From an uncultured Faecalibacterium sp. (GTDB lineage Bacteria; Bacillota; Clostridia; Oscillospirales; Ruminococcaceae), in the NCBI GenBank assembly GCA_944387975.1, contig CALXGZ010000123.1:1-47371 (forward strand): a stretch of DNA of 47,371 bases, written 5' to 3'. Under the pieces are notes generated by a model. The model saw only the letters and a program-made list of their open reading frames with translations. It was not told where the DNA came from and did no database searches. Position 1 is the stretch's first letter, and each line of letters starts with the position of its first letter. This document shows positions 27,282-35,854 of this stretch, in pieces. Both the position numbers and the translations under genes were made by a program.

Positions 27282-27679
27282 CGCTAAATGAATTGTACCG
27301 TTTGGCTGAGGATAAGGGGATTGATGTATCTGCCTTTCCGCTGCCGGAAAGCGGTAGTCTAGCGCTGGAACTGAACGGCCGGCAATATATCGGCATGGAC
27401 AGCTCCCGGCGCTACCCGGCCGGGGAAGAGGCCGCCCACCTGGGGCATGAGCTCGGACACTGCCTGTATGGAGGCTTTTACAGTGAAAAAACCGCTCGGG
27501 ACACCATTATGCGGCATGAGGTGCGGGCGGACAAATGGTATATTGAAAATGCGATCCCGCAGTCAGAACTGAGGAAATTGCTCGCCAATGGGTATGAGCT
27601 TTGGGAAATTGCGGAGATTATGGGGACGACAGAAGCGTACATTCAAAAGGCTTGTGTCTATTATGAAAGTAAAGAATAA
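27278..27679 (+). CDS. ImmA/IrrE-family metallopeptidase (anti-repressor)
   Basis: HELGH zinc motif and HEVRADKW; ATGA overlap with cI. Confidence 0.88.
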   Translation: MTLNELYRLAEDKGIDVSAFPLPESGSLALELNGRQYIGMDSSRRYPAGEEAAHLGHELGHCLYGGFYSEKTARDTIMRHEVRADKWYIENAIPQSELRKLLANGYELWEIAEIMGTTEAYIQKACVYYESKE

Positions 27680-27709
27680 GACATGTGAATTCAAATAGAG
27701 GAGGATACG

Positions 27710-28546
27710 ATGGGGATATTGGATATTTTCAAGAAAAACAGAAGCCAGATACAAAAAACCGAAATAAATCAATCTAGCAATGAAGAACCGCCCAAAGCAC
27801 AGAGTATGGATTCTGTATCGTGCAAAAACTATCTGAAAGATGATGCTGGACTATATCCACATGAGCTTTTGCTGCTTACATATTATGAAAAATATGCATC
27901 TGGAAAAGAGATTGCGCGATTTTGGAAATATGAATTCGATATCGAAGATGTTCCAGCCCTTATGCGTTCACTGGAAAACCGAGGATTTGCAAAAGGGGCC
28001 TCGCTTACTGAATTAGGACGCGAAGAAGCAAAAAAAGCGGATTACATATTGTATTTGAGAAGAAATAAATATATACCCGTTTCTTTGCTTGATTTAAGTA
28101 TTTTAGTAAATAAATACCCGAATTATAATTTCAAAGATTTGATATGGGGAGAGCTTAATCGAAGCGCGCTCCAATATGTAGAAGAAGGTAGCTGGGGCTC
28201 GTATTGCAATGTTCAATATGCTATGTATCGTATAACAGAACAGGAAGGGAAGTATAAAGATGCGTTTGCGTGCCTTGCCACCACAGTATTTTATACATTA
28301 AACAACGGTGCTGTCTATCCTCTGCCTCCTGGACTTATTGATTCAATCAGAAAATTATCTGTAAAATTAAATACTACAGATGAATGGATGATAGATAATT
28401 TACAGAAGTTGTATAAAGAAATGTATGCGCCGTCTAGAAATTTCTCAAACAATGAAGTAACGCTTATATTTACGGCATATGCATTTGGACATGATGAAAT
28501 GGCGGAAGATACAATAAATAAAAAGTTGGATTCGAATTTCAAATAA
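27710..28546 (+). CDS. Hypothetical AT-rich immunity-region protein
   Basis: GAGGAGG RBS, 278-aa open frame, MGILDIFKK-type N-terminus. Confidence 0.75.
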   Translation: MGILDIFKKNRSQIQKTEINQSSNEEPPKAQSMDSVSCKNYLKDDAGLYPHELLLLTYYEKYASGKEIARFWKYEFDIEDVPALMRSLENRGFAKGASLTELGREEAKKADYILYLRRNKYIPVSLLDLSILVNKYPNYNFKDLIWGELNRSALQYVEEGSWGSYCNVQYAMYRITEQEGKYKDAFACLATTVFYTLNNGAVYPLPPGLIDSIRKLSVKLNTTDEWMIDNLQKLYKEMYAPSRNFSNNEVTLIFTAYAFGHDEMAEDTINKKLDSNFK

Positions 28547-28583
28547 AAACCCGGCGCATGGCCGGGGGGAATGGAGGCAACAT

Positions 28584-28898
28584 ATGAAAAACAAAAAGCT
28601 TGCGGCTAAAATCTTATCCATTGCGTTTGCCGTAACGGCGCTGCTGTCGGGCTGCGCCGATCTGACGCCCAGTCAGTATATTACCCTGAATGAGTACAAC
28701 GCGATCCAGATGGATATGACCTATCGTGAGGTGTGCTACATCATCGGCGGGTACGGCACCGTGACCCATTCGTCCCGTATCGGCGATACGTATTACCATT
28801 CAGTGGAATGGCATGGCAACGGAGAATCGTACTCCTCTGCGACCATTATGTTTGTGAATGCCCGGGTGTACAGCAAATGGCAGTACGGCCTGCTGTGA
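28584..28898 (+). CDS. Lipoprotein, DUF3862/BLIP-SmpA-like fold
   Basis: Signal peptide with LLSGC lipobox; ITLNEYNAIQMDMTYREVCYIIG...W...ATIMF.N...SKWQYGL pattern. Confidence 0.7.
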   Translation: MKNKKLAAKILSIAFAVTALLSGCADLTPSQYITLNEYNAIQMDMTYREVCYIIGGYGTVTHSSRIGDTYYHSVEWHGNGESYSSATIMFVNARVYSKWQYGLL

Positions 28899-28979
28899 CC
28901 TGCCGGCAATGAACTGTTCGGAAATTCCGACAAGTTCACTGTCGAACTGTTTCCAAAATGGAAACAGTCCCTATAACGC

Positions 28980-29067
28980 AAGCGCCCCGCCTGTACCCGC
29001 AGGCGGGGCAATGGGATAGGGGAAGTATAAGTCGGACGCAGGAGGTAAATCCATAGAGAAATGACCT
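28980..29067 (-). ncRNA. Candidate sRNA C
   Basis: Extended -10 TGcTATACT (29082-29074), body containing ACCTCCT, terminal hairpin gccccgcctg/caggcggggc; weak U tract; ends approximate. Confidence 0.4.
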
Positions 29068-29326
29068 GTCTATAGTATAGCACCATATCGCGCTTACCGG
29101 CCAGAAAAAACAAAAAAGAAACACGCCGCGAGAAAAAACAAGAAAAAACAGCTTGCACCGCAAACGCTGAATTTGCGCTGACTTTACGCTGAATTTAAAC
29201 CAATTTAACTTGCTTGCAACTTGCCTGAGTTAACAATAGCAACGTTGCAGCGTATGTATTTGCAAGTAATTAACTTGCAGACTTGCGACCAACTTGCGGC
29301 CTTTGCGTTTTGTTTGCAATCAAACG

Positions 29327-29393
29327 CAAAAAAGAGGCCCCGCCGGGGTGGGCCGTCCGCCCCAACAGGGCCCAGCAGTAGAAACTCAACCGC
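29327..29393 (-). ncRNA. Candidate sRNA B
   Basis: Extended -10 TGtTATAAT (29408-29400), GC-rich hairpin followed by ctctttttt; ends approximate. Confidence 0.45.
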
Positions 29394-29416
29394 ATTTAAA
29401 TTATAACACGATTTTG

Positions 29417-29506
29417 AAAAAAAAAGAAACCCCGCCGGCCTGTTGCAGCAGGGCGGCGGGGCAGACAGCTCACCATGAACCTTGAACGGAAAAGCGGTCT
29501 TGATGC
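29417..29506 (-). ncRNA. Candidate sRNA A (antisense to the integrase upstream region)
   Basis: TTGACA-17 bp-TATACT (29541-29513), hairpin ccccgccg...cggcgggg followed by tttcttttttttt; ends approximate. Confidence 0.55.
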
Positions 29507-29564
29507 ACTGCTAGTATACCGCTTCTGGGTGGGTTTGTCAACCTTGTGCAGAAGGAGGTATTTT

Positions 29565-30632
29565 ATGGGCAGACGCACGAATACGGCGGTCTGGTCGGAT
29601 AAGTACAGCCGCTGGCAGACCAACGTCCAGAAGGACGGTAAGCGCCGCAGCTTCTATTCGTCGAAGCCCGGCCGCACAGGCCAGCGGGAGGCCAACAAAA
29701 AGGCCGACGAATGGCTTGATCTGGGCGTAGTCAGCCGGCGCAAGACGGTGGGGGACATTTGACCGGAATATCTGGCCCAGCGCAAGCTCACCACCTCGGA
29801 AAGCAACTGGAAGCCCATAGAAAGCCGCTGGCATACCTGGCTCGAGCCGCGGCTTGCAAAAAGGCGGCTTGAGACCTTGACCGATCAGGACTTGCAGGAC
29901 GTATTGGACGCAGCCTGCGCGGCCGGCCGCAGCAAAAAGACCTTACAAAACCTATGCGCCGATCTGTCCGGGCTGCTTAAATTTGCCCGCAAGTGCGGGT
30001 ACACATCCTACCGGCCGGAAGAGTTGTCCGTACCGGCCAGCGCCCGCTGCAAAAGCAGGCGCATTTTGCAGCCGGATGGGCTTATCACCCTGCTGCGCAG
30101 CGACGAGACGGTCCGGCGAGGCAAGCCGGTCAAGGATGAGTACATCCATTATTACCGGCTGGCCGTCCTGACCGGGATGCGCCCCGGCGAGCTGCTGGGC
30201 CTCGAATGGGTGGATGTGGACGGCTCTGTGGTGCACCTCAAGCAATCCCGCAACACAAGTGGGCATCTGACCGAGGGAAAGAACGAGAATGCCCTGCGCA
30301 CCGTGGCCCTGTCGGCCCGGGCCGTGCAGGAGCTGGATGCCCAGCGGGCCCTGACAGGGGGGCGGCGGCGTGTCTTTCCCGACTATCTGACAGAACACGT
30401 CCGCCGCCGGTGGAAGGTTTACTGCGCGCACAACGGGATTCCCTACTGCACCCTGTACGAGCTGCGCCACACCTTCGTCAGCATCGCCCAGGGCTTGCCG
30501 GAAGGGCAGCTCCGGTCCCTGGTGGGTCACAGCCGTAATATGGACACCTACGGAATTTACGCCCACCATGTGCAGGGCCAGGAAGACCGGCTGTCCGCCG
30601 CGCTCGACGATGTGTTTTCCCCCTACGATTGA
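29565..30632 (+). pseudogene. int: Tyrosine integrase with a single in-frame TGA at 29760-29762
   Basis: AAGGAGG RBS; the two ORFs share a frame (..GDI*PEYLAQRK..RRLETLTDQD..); TGMRPGEL, YELRHTF, LVGHS, YGIYAH catalytic motifs. Confidence 0.88.
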
Positions 30633-30641
30633 CCGCCGCCC

Positions 30642-30665
30642 GTACCGCATTTTATACCGCGTTTT
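30642..30665 (+). repeat. Putative integrase arm-type sites, right
   Basis: gtaccgcatttt / ataccgcgtttt tandem. Confidence 0.55.
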
Positions 30666-30762
30666 TTATTCTCGGGCCGCAAAATGCGTGTATTCTGGTT
30701 CGCGTGCAGTAAATAATAAAAACGAATATACGTTGTTTATTGCTGTATAAGGCAGGTATATC

Positions 30763-30789
30763 AGGGTTCAAATCCCTCCTACTCCGCCA
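30763..30789 (+). repeat. att core, right copy (duplicated tRNA-Ser 3' end)
   Basis: Identical 27-mer to 15645-15671. Confidence 0.95.
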
Positions 30790-30791
30790 GA

Positions 30792-30828
30792 AAATGCCAG
30801 GAACCACAGGTTGGTTCCTGGCATTTTT
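30792..30828 (+). terminator. Original tRNA-Ser terminator displaced by the prophage
   Basis: aaatgccaggaacca-caggt-tggttcctggcattttt immediately after the right att copy. Confidence 0.75.
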
Positions 30829-30991
30829 GTTTGTGTGCCCTCTCAGTCACATGGTTTTTCCCTCCGGCTCTGCGGGCTGACTTCCTGGTGGAGGGAGACA
30901 ATGCAGCCTTCCGTTCCTATACCCCCCGCCAGGGGGGTGGCGCGGCAAAGCCGCGCCGGGGGGCCACCGCTCAAGGGCGGGCGGGTGGGTC

Positions 30992-31300
30992 TCAATCGAG
31001 AAGGGCCAGCACGCCCGCCTTGGGCCGGCTGCCGACGGACTGGTTGACCAGCTTGCCGCCCTTGAACACCAGCAGGGTGGGGATGCTCATGACGCCGAAC
31101 TGCGCCGCCAGGTCGGGCTGCTCGTCCACGTTGACCTTGCCCACCTTGACGTCGGGCCGCTCGTCGGCCACCTGGTCCACGATGGGGGACAGCATGCGGC
31201 AGGGGCCGCACCAGCTGGCCCAGAAATCCAGCAGGACGGGCTTGTCGCTGCGCAGGACTTCGGCTTCAAAATTGCTCTTCGTAATGGTGATGACAGACAT
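30992..31300 (-). CDS. trxA: Thioredoxin
   Basis: LDFWASWCGPC, VMSIPTL; GGGAGG RBS before ATG 31300. Confidence 0.93.
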   Translation of the reverse strand: MSVITITKSNFEAEVLRSDKPVLLDFWASWCGPCRMLSPIVDQVADERPDVKVGKVNVDEQPDLAAQFGVMSIPTLLVFKGGKLVNQSVGSRPKAGVLALLD

Positions 31301-31451
31301 ATCGTATACCTCCCTTGGCTGTGTGTGGGGTGTTTTTTGTTTTTTTGTGTTTACAGTATAGCCCAAAGGCGGGCGCTTTTTCCGTAACTGCGTCACCGAA
31401 AAACGCCGCAAATCGAAAACGCGCATATGCGTCTGTTTTTTTAAAATCGTT

Positions 31452-31505
31452 TCTTGTCTATACAAGATTGTAACCGTTACATATAGCACACCTGTGCACA
31501 CAAGT
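31452..31505. promoter_or_regulatory. Palindromic operator-like sites (TreR-like and cre/LacI-like)
   Basis: tcttgtctatacaaga (31452-31467), tgtaaccgttaca (31469-31481), cctgtgcacacaagt (31491-31505). Confidence 0.45.
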
Positions 31506-31701
31506 CAAGCCTAAAAACCTATTTTTCTAACTTTTTGGCATGGCGCACAAAATTACGGGTTGATTTTCGCGACTTTTTGCTGTAAACTGGTAACAGCAAA
31601 AACAGCGGGTTTTTCCCGCCTCCTACGCGTCCACGCTCCACGCCGGGCCGCACGGCCCGCACGCCGGGGCTGCAAGCCAGGCAGCAGAGAGGAAGGCCTT
31701 T

Positions 31702-32436
31702 ATGCCCCGTTCCAAATTCGGTGATATCTATCGCGACTTAAAAGACAGGATCGAATCGGGCGAGTACCCCTACCAGTCCCTCGTCCCCTCCGAGAATACA
31801 TTGGTGACCGTATACGGCTGCTCCCGCAATACGGTACGCCGGGCGCTGGCCGGCCTGATCGAAAAGGGCTACGTGCAGGCCATCCAGGGCAAGGGGGTGC
31901 GCGTTCTGTACCGCCCCGCCTCCCGGACGCCCTTTACCCTGGGCCGGATGGAAAGCTTCCGCGAGACGGCGCAGCGCTGCCGGACCCATTACCAGACGCG
32001 GGTGGTGCATTTCTCCATGAGCCAGACCGACAGCGCCTTAGCTGCGGCCAGCGGCTTCCCGCCCGGGGCGGACGTGTACCACGTCGAGCGGGTGCGCATC
32101 ATCGACGGGCGCGCCATGGTGCTGGAGGTCAGCTATTTCCTGCGGTCGGTGGTCCCCGCACTGACGCCCGAGGCGGCCGAGCAGTCGGTCTACGCCTACC
32201 TGGAAAAGGAGCTGGGCGTCCAGATCATGACCAGCAAGCGGACCATCACGGTGGAACCCGCCGCCCCTGCCGACCGCCTCTACCTCGACCTGGGCAGCTA
32301 CGACTGCCTTGCCGTGATCACCAACCAGGCCTTCAACGCCGACGGCATCCTGTTCGAGTACACCGTCTCGCGCTATCACCCCGAGTGCTTCCGCTTTCAG
32401 GATACGGCCAGCCGCCGCAGCAAAAAAGCGGAATGA
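31702..32436 (+). CDS. treR: GntR/UTRA regulator, trehalose repressor TreR-like
   Basis: VPSENTL...SRNTVRRAL...IQGKGVRV; ESFRE; FEYTVSRYHPECFRFQDTASR C-terminus typical of TreR. Confidence 0.75.
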   Translation: MPRSKFGDIYRDLKDRIESGEYPYQSLVPSENTLVTVYGCSRNTVRRALAGLIEKGYVQAIQGKGVRVLYRPASRTPFTLGRMESFRETAQRCRTHYQTRVVHFSMSQTDSALAAASGFPPGADVYHVERVRIIDGRAMVLEVSYFLRSVVPALTPEAAEQSVYAYLEKELGVQIMTSKRTITVEPAAPADRLYLDLGSYDCLAVITNQAFNADGILFEYTVSRYHPECFRFQDTASRRSKKAE

Positions 32437-32562
32437 ACCCTTTCCCCCGGTCCACATGTTGTAGTAAGGAGCCGCTGCACCCAAAGCAGCAGGGCTCCTT
32501 TTCATTTTGTTGCTTTCCGCGGCGCGCTGCGGTATACTGATAGAAAAAAGGAGGTACGCACC

Positions 32563-33090
32563 ATGATGACCAACGAAACCCTTGACACCCTGAAAAGCCG
32601 CCGCAGCTGCCGCGCCTATAAGCCCGAGCAGATCACCGAGGCCGAGCTGGCCGCCGTGCTGGAGGCCGGCACCTACGCCCCCACGGCCATGGGCCTGCAG
32701 AGCCCCAAGATCGTGGTGATCCAGGACGAGGCCACCCGGGCCAGGCTTTCGCAGATGAACGCCGCCGTCATGGGCCGGGAGGGCAGCGACCCGATGTACG
32801 GCGCGCCCACCTACCTGCTGGTGCTGGCCGACGCGAACCGCCCCACCGCCCAGCAGGACGGCAGCCTGGTGATGGGCAACCTGATGAACGCCGCCGCCAG
32901 CCTGGGCCTGGGCAGCTGCTGGATCAACCGCGCCCGCGAGATGTTCGATACCGAGGAGGGCAAGGCCCTGCTCAAGGCCTGGGGCATCGAGGGCGAATGG
33001 CAGGGGGTCGGCTTCTGCATCCTGGGCTACCCTGCCGCCGCGCCCAAGCCCGCCGCGCCCCGCAAGGCGGACTACATCGTCCGGGTGTGA
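32563..33090 (+). CDS. Nitroreductase family protein
   Basis: SRRSCRAY, APTAMGLQ, AASLGLGSCWI, ILGYP. Confidence 0.88.
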   Translation: MMTNETLDTLKSRRSCRAYKPEQITEAELAAVLEAGTYAPTAMGLQSPKIVVIQDEATRARLSQMNAAVMGREGSDPMYGAPTYLLVLADANRPTAQQDGSLVMGNLMNAAASLGLGSCWINRAREMFDTEEGKALLKAWGIEGEWQGVGFCILGYPAAAPKPAAPRKADYIVRV

Positions 33091-33770
33091 TGGCCCGCAG
33101 GACGGATCTGCCCGCCCCGCCGGAGGTGCCGGCGGACGGCGCGGGGCTGGAGCGCCTGGACGGCCCCGAGGCCGCCGCGCGGCTCTATGCCCTGGCCGGG
33201 GCCGAGGAGGAAGGCCGCGGCCTGCTGCTGCACGGCGCCGGCCTGTCCGGCGAAGCGCTGGACGGCCTGACCCTTGCCGGGTGTATCCTGGAGGACTGCC
33301 GCCTGACCGGGGCCGGGCTGCGGCGGGCGGCTTTCACCGATTGCCTGCTCCGCCGGTGCGACCTGTCTGGGGCGCAGTGGTACGACGGCAGCCTGCTGCG
33401 CTGCCGCTGGGAAGGGGTCAAGGCCCTGGGCTGCAACCTCTCGGGGGCGGGCATCCGGGACCTTGCCTGCGACGGCTGCCGCCTGGACGGCCTGCGGCTG
33501 GACGGCGCGGGGCTGGAATCGGTCCGCTTTGCGGACAGCAGCCTGACGGGGGCCGATCTGACCGGCCTGCGCTGGAACCGCCTCCGCCTCGAAGAGGCCG
33601 ACCTGTCGGGGGCGAGCGTGGCCGGGACCAGCCTGCGCGGGCTGGACCTGCGCCGCTGCCGCATCGACGGCCTGACCGCCGGCGAGACGCTGCGGGAGCT
33701 GCGGGGCGCCATCGTCGACCCCGTCCAGGCCGCCGGGCTGGCCCGCCTGCTGGGGCTGGACATCCGATAA
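33090..33770 (+). CDS. Pentapeptide repeat protein
   Basis: Repeated A(D/G)L(S/T/R)x units (CDLSGA, ADLTG, ADLSGA); start at the TGATG overlap. Confidence 0.82.
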   Translation: MARRTDLPAPPEVPADGAGLERLDGPEAAARLYALAGAEEEGRGLLLHGAGLSGEALDGLTLAGCILEDCRLTGAGLRRAAFTDCLLRRCDLSGAQWYDGSLLRCRWEGVKALGCNLSGAGIRDLACDGCRLDGLRLDGAGLESVRFADSSLTGADLTGLRWNRLRLEEADLSGASVAGTSLRGLDLRRCRIDGLTAGETLRELRGAIVDPVQAAGLARLLGLDIR

Positions 33771-33791
33771 CATTTACCTGAAAGGAACGCT

Positions 33792-34283
33792 ATGAAGCCT
33801 GATTACAAGCTGGTCGCCAAGGCCAAGTATATCCACCTGACCGCCGAGCTCGCCGCCGGCATCTGGCCGGACTGCTACCGAAAATTCTACCCGCCCAAGC
33901 AGCTGGCCGCCCTGATCGAGCAGCTGCAAAGCCCCGACGCCATCGAGGTCGACATCGACGGCGGGGCCAACTACTTTGTGGTGCAGCTGGGGGGCAAGCC
34001 CATCGGCTATTTCGCCTGGAAGATGGAGAACACCGCCCTGCACCTGCTGCACCTGTACCTCAAGCCGGAATACCGCGGCAAGGCCCTGGGCCGGGATATC
34101 CTGGCCGCCTGCGAGCGGCTGGCCCGCAGCGACGGCAAGGGCCGCGTCCGGGCCGAGGTGCACACCAAGGCCCTGCCGGTGCTGGCCTTTTTTAAGGAGC
34201 GCGGCTACCGCCCCGGCGCGCCCGAGCCCGCCGACGTGGGCGGCGTGCTGATGGACCTGACGCCGGTGGAAAAATTTCTCTGA
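33792..34283 (+). CDS. GNAT acetyltransferase
   Basis: LYLKPEYRGKALGR motif A, FFKERGY. Confidence 0.82.
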   Translation: MKPDYKLVAKAKYIHLTAELAAGIWPDCYRKFYPPKQLAALIEQLQSPDAIEVDIDGGANYFVVQLGGKPIGYFAWKMENTALHLLHLYLKPEYRGKALGRDILAACERLARSDGKGRVRAEVHTKALPVLAFFKERGYRPGAPEPADVGGVLMDLTPVEKFL

Positions 34284-34385
34284 TTTTTCGCACTCTCTTT
34301 ACAAATTGCAGTTGCTTTTTGCCCCGCTTTGGTTTACACTTACACTAAAGCAATGAACCGCACCCTGACAGTGAGGAGCAACATC

Positions 34386-34700
34386 ATGGCAAAAGATCAT
34401 CCCACCGGTAAATCCGGCCTGTACCAGGCCATCCTCAAGCTCGAAACGCCGGAGCAGTGCTACCGCTTTTTCCAGGACGTATGCAGCTACGCGGAGCTCA
34501 GCGCGATGGAGCAGCGCTACGACATCGCCGAGATGCTGGTAGACCGGCGCATTTACACCGAGATCAAGGAAAAGACCGGCGCGTCCAGCGCCATCATCAG
34601 CCGGGTCAACCGGGTACTGGCGCACGAGGGCAGCGTGCTGCGCGCGTCCGTCGCGGCCAGCCGCCCCGCCGCGCCCGAAGACAACCCCGCATCTGAATAA
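34386..34700 (+). CDS. YerC/YecD TrpR-related protein
   Basis: LYQAILKL...CYRFFQDVCS..EL.AMEQR...TGASSAIISRVNR. Confidence 0.85.
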   Translation: MAKDHPTGKSGLYQAILKLETPEQCYRFFQDVCSYAELSAMEQRYDIAEMLVDRRIYTEIKEKTGASSAIISRVNRVLAHEGSVLRASVAASRPAAPEDNPASE

Positions 34701-34713
34701 GGAGGCACCGTAT

Positions 34714-35289
34714 ATGAGCAAAGCAGTTGTCTTTTTCGCCGAGGGCACCGAGGAATGCGAGGCCCTTCTCGTCGTCGATCTTCTCCGCCGGGCCAAGGTG
34801 GAGGTGGTGGTGGCGTCCGCCGCGGACAGCCTGACCGTCACCGGCAGCCATAAGGTGACCATCACCGCCGACGCCCTGGCGCAGGATATCGATTACAGCA
34901 CCGTCGACTTGGCGGTGCTGCCGGGCGGCATCCCCGGCACGCCCAACCTGGCCGCCAACGCCGCCGTGACCGGCGCCGTCAAGGCCCTGGCCGCCGCCGG
35001 CAAGAAGGTGGCCGCCATCTGCGCCGCCCCCAGCATCCTGGCCGATTTGGGCCTGCTGGAGGGCCGCAAGGCCACCGCGCACGCCGCCTTCCAGGACAAG
35101 CTGGGCGGCGCGGACGTGCTGGACCAGGAGGTCGTGGTCGACGGCAACATCACCACCAGCTACGGCCTGGGCGGGGCCATCCCCTTCGCGCTGGAGCTGG
35201 TGCGCCAGCTGGCCGGCCCCGACGAGGCCGCCCGCATCCAGAAGGCCATCGCCTACAAGCACAGCCTGCTGTATAAGAGCCACCGCTGA
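34714..35289 (+). CDS. DJ-1/PfpI (YajL/ThiJ) family protein
   Basis: EGTEECEA, VLPGG, AAICAAP nucleophile elbow. Confidence 0.9.
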   Translation: MSKAVVFFAEGTEECEALLVVDLLRRAKVEVVVASAADSLTVTGSHKVTITADALAQDIDYSTVDLAVLPGGIPGTPNLAANAAVTGAVKALAAAGKKVAAICAAPSILADLGLLEGRKATAHAAFQDKLGGADVLDQEVVVDGNITTSYGLGGAIPFALELVRQLAGPDEAARIQKAIAYKHSLLYKSHR

Positions 35290-35306
35290 TAACATATAGT
35301 AATGGC

Positions 35307-35345
35307 AAAACCCCGCCGCAGCGCTAAAACTGCGGCGGGGTTTTT
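35307..35345 (+). terminator. Rho-independent terminator
   Basis: aaaaccccgccgcag...ctgcggcggggttttt. Confidence 0.8.
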
Positions 35346-35348
35346 GTG

Positions 35349-35662
35349 TTTCCGGCAAGGTGCGCCTTGCACCCCTCTCCGTCACGGCCTGCGGCCGCGG
35401 CGAGGCTCCCCTCTCAGTCTCGCCGCCCTGCGGGCGTCTCGCCAGCTCCCCCGCGGGGGGAGCCAAGTGCACGCCCGTGGGTATAAGGAAAACTTGGTGG
35501 TAAGGCGAAGTTTCTCAGGGCTTTACCTTACCACCAAGTTCGCCGTGTTCGACGCAGGTACACTTGGCTCCCCCCGCGGGGGAGCTGGCACAGGGTGCGC
35601 AAGCGCCCTGTGACTGAGAGGGGTGCGCGGGCGCGGGCGCGCAGCGCCTTTCCGGCAAGGTG
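35349..35662. repeat. Nested palindromic REP/MITE-like element with 14-bp flanking direct repeats
   Basis: IRs 35369-35385/35610-35626 (16/17), 35441-35469/35561-35589 (29/29), 35491-35505/35526-35540 (15/15); tttccggcaaggtg at 35349 and 35649. Confidence 0.75.
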
Positions 35663-35854
35663 TACTTTTCCAAACTGCCGTGAACGGGCAAAAAAGTAAC
35701 GTGAATGGGATAGTGGAAGCATTGCAGCTAGGCGAAATTTTTGTTATACTATTCTTGTTAAAACTTTTCCGAAAAAGTACACCATACCGGAAAACGAGGG
35801 AGGAAAGTATATGCAACTCAAACGTTTGGCCGCCCCTGCGTGGGGCGGCTGTTT

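Larger units (their letters stand above)
15645..30789. mobile_element. Cryptic (deleted) temperate prophage integrated at tRNA-Ser(GCT)
   Basis: 27-bp direct repeat at both ends, tyrosine integrase, CI/ImmA, tail, holin and endolysin genes; visibly AT-richer than the flanks. Confidence 0.93.

Noticed and set aside
28946-28968. parS site
   Set aside because: The arms resemble TGTTTC/GAAACA, but the centre and spacing differ from the 16-bp TGTTTCACGTGAAACA consensus
29100-29330. CRISPR array or solitary CRISPR repeat (RNA anti-CRISPR)
   Set aside because: Repeats are only 7-11 bp with no regular unique spacers, and I see no GTCGC...ATTGAAAC-type repeat here or elsewhere in the window
15645-30789. 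TGA stop-codon reassignment in the prophage (two genes have in-frame TGA)
   Set aside because: Neighbouring genes end at TGA within ATGA/TGATG overlaps (16266, 16991, 19477, 24563, 27279), and the two contexts suggest different original residues (Arg, Trp), which fits point-mutation decay
33090-33770. Qnr-type quinolone resistance gene
   Set aside because: Generic chromosomal pentapeptide repeat protein in a housekeeping operon; no Qnr-specific evidence from sequence alone
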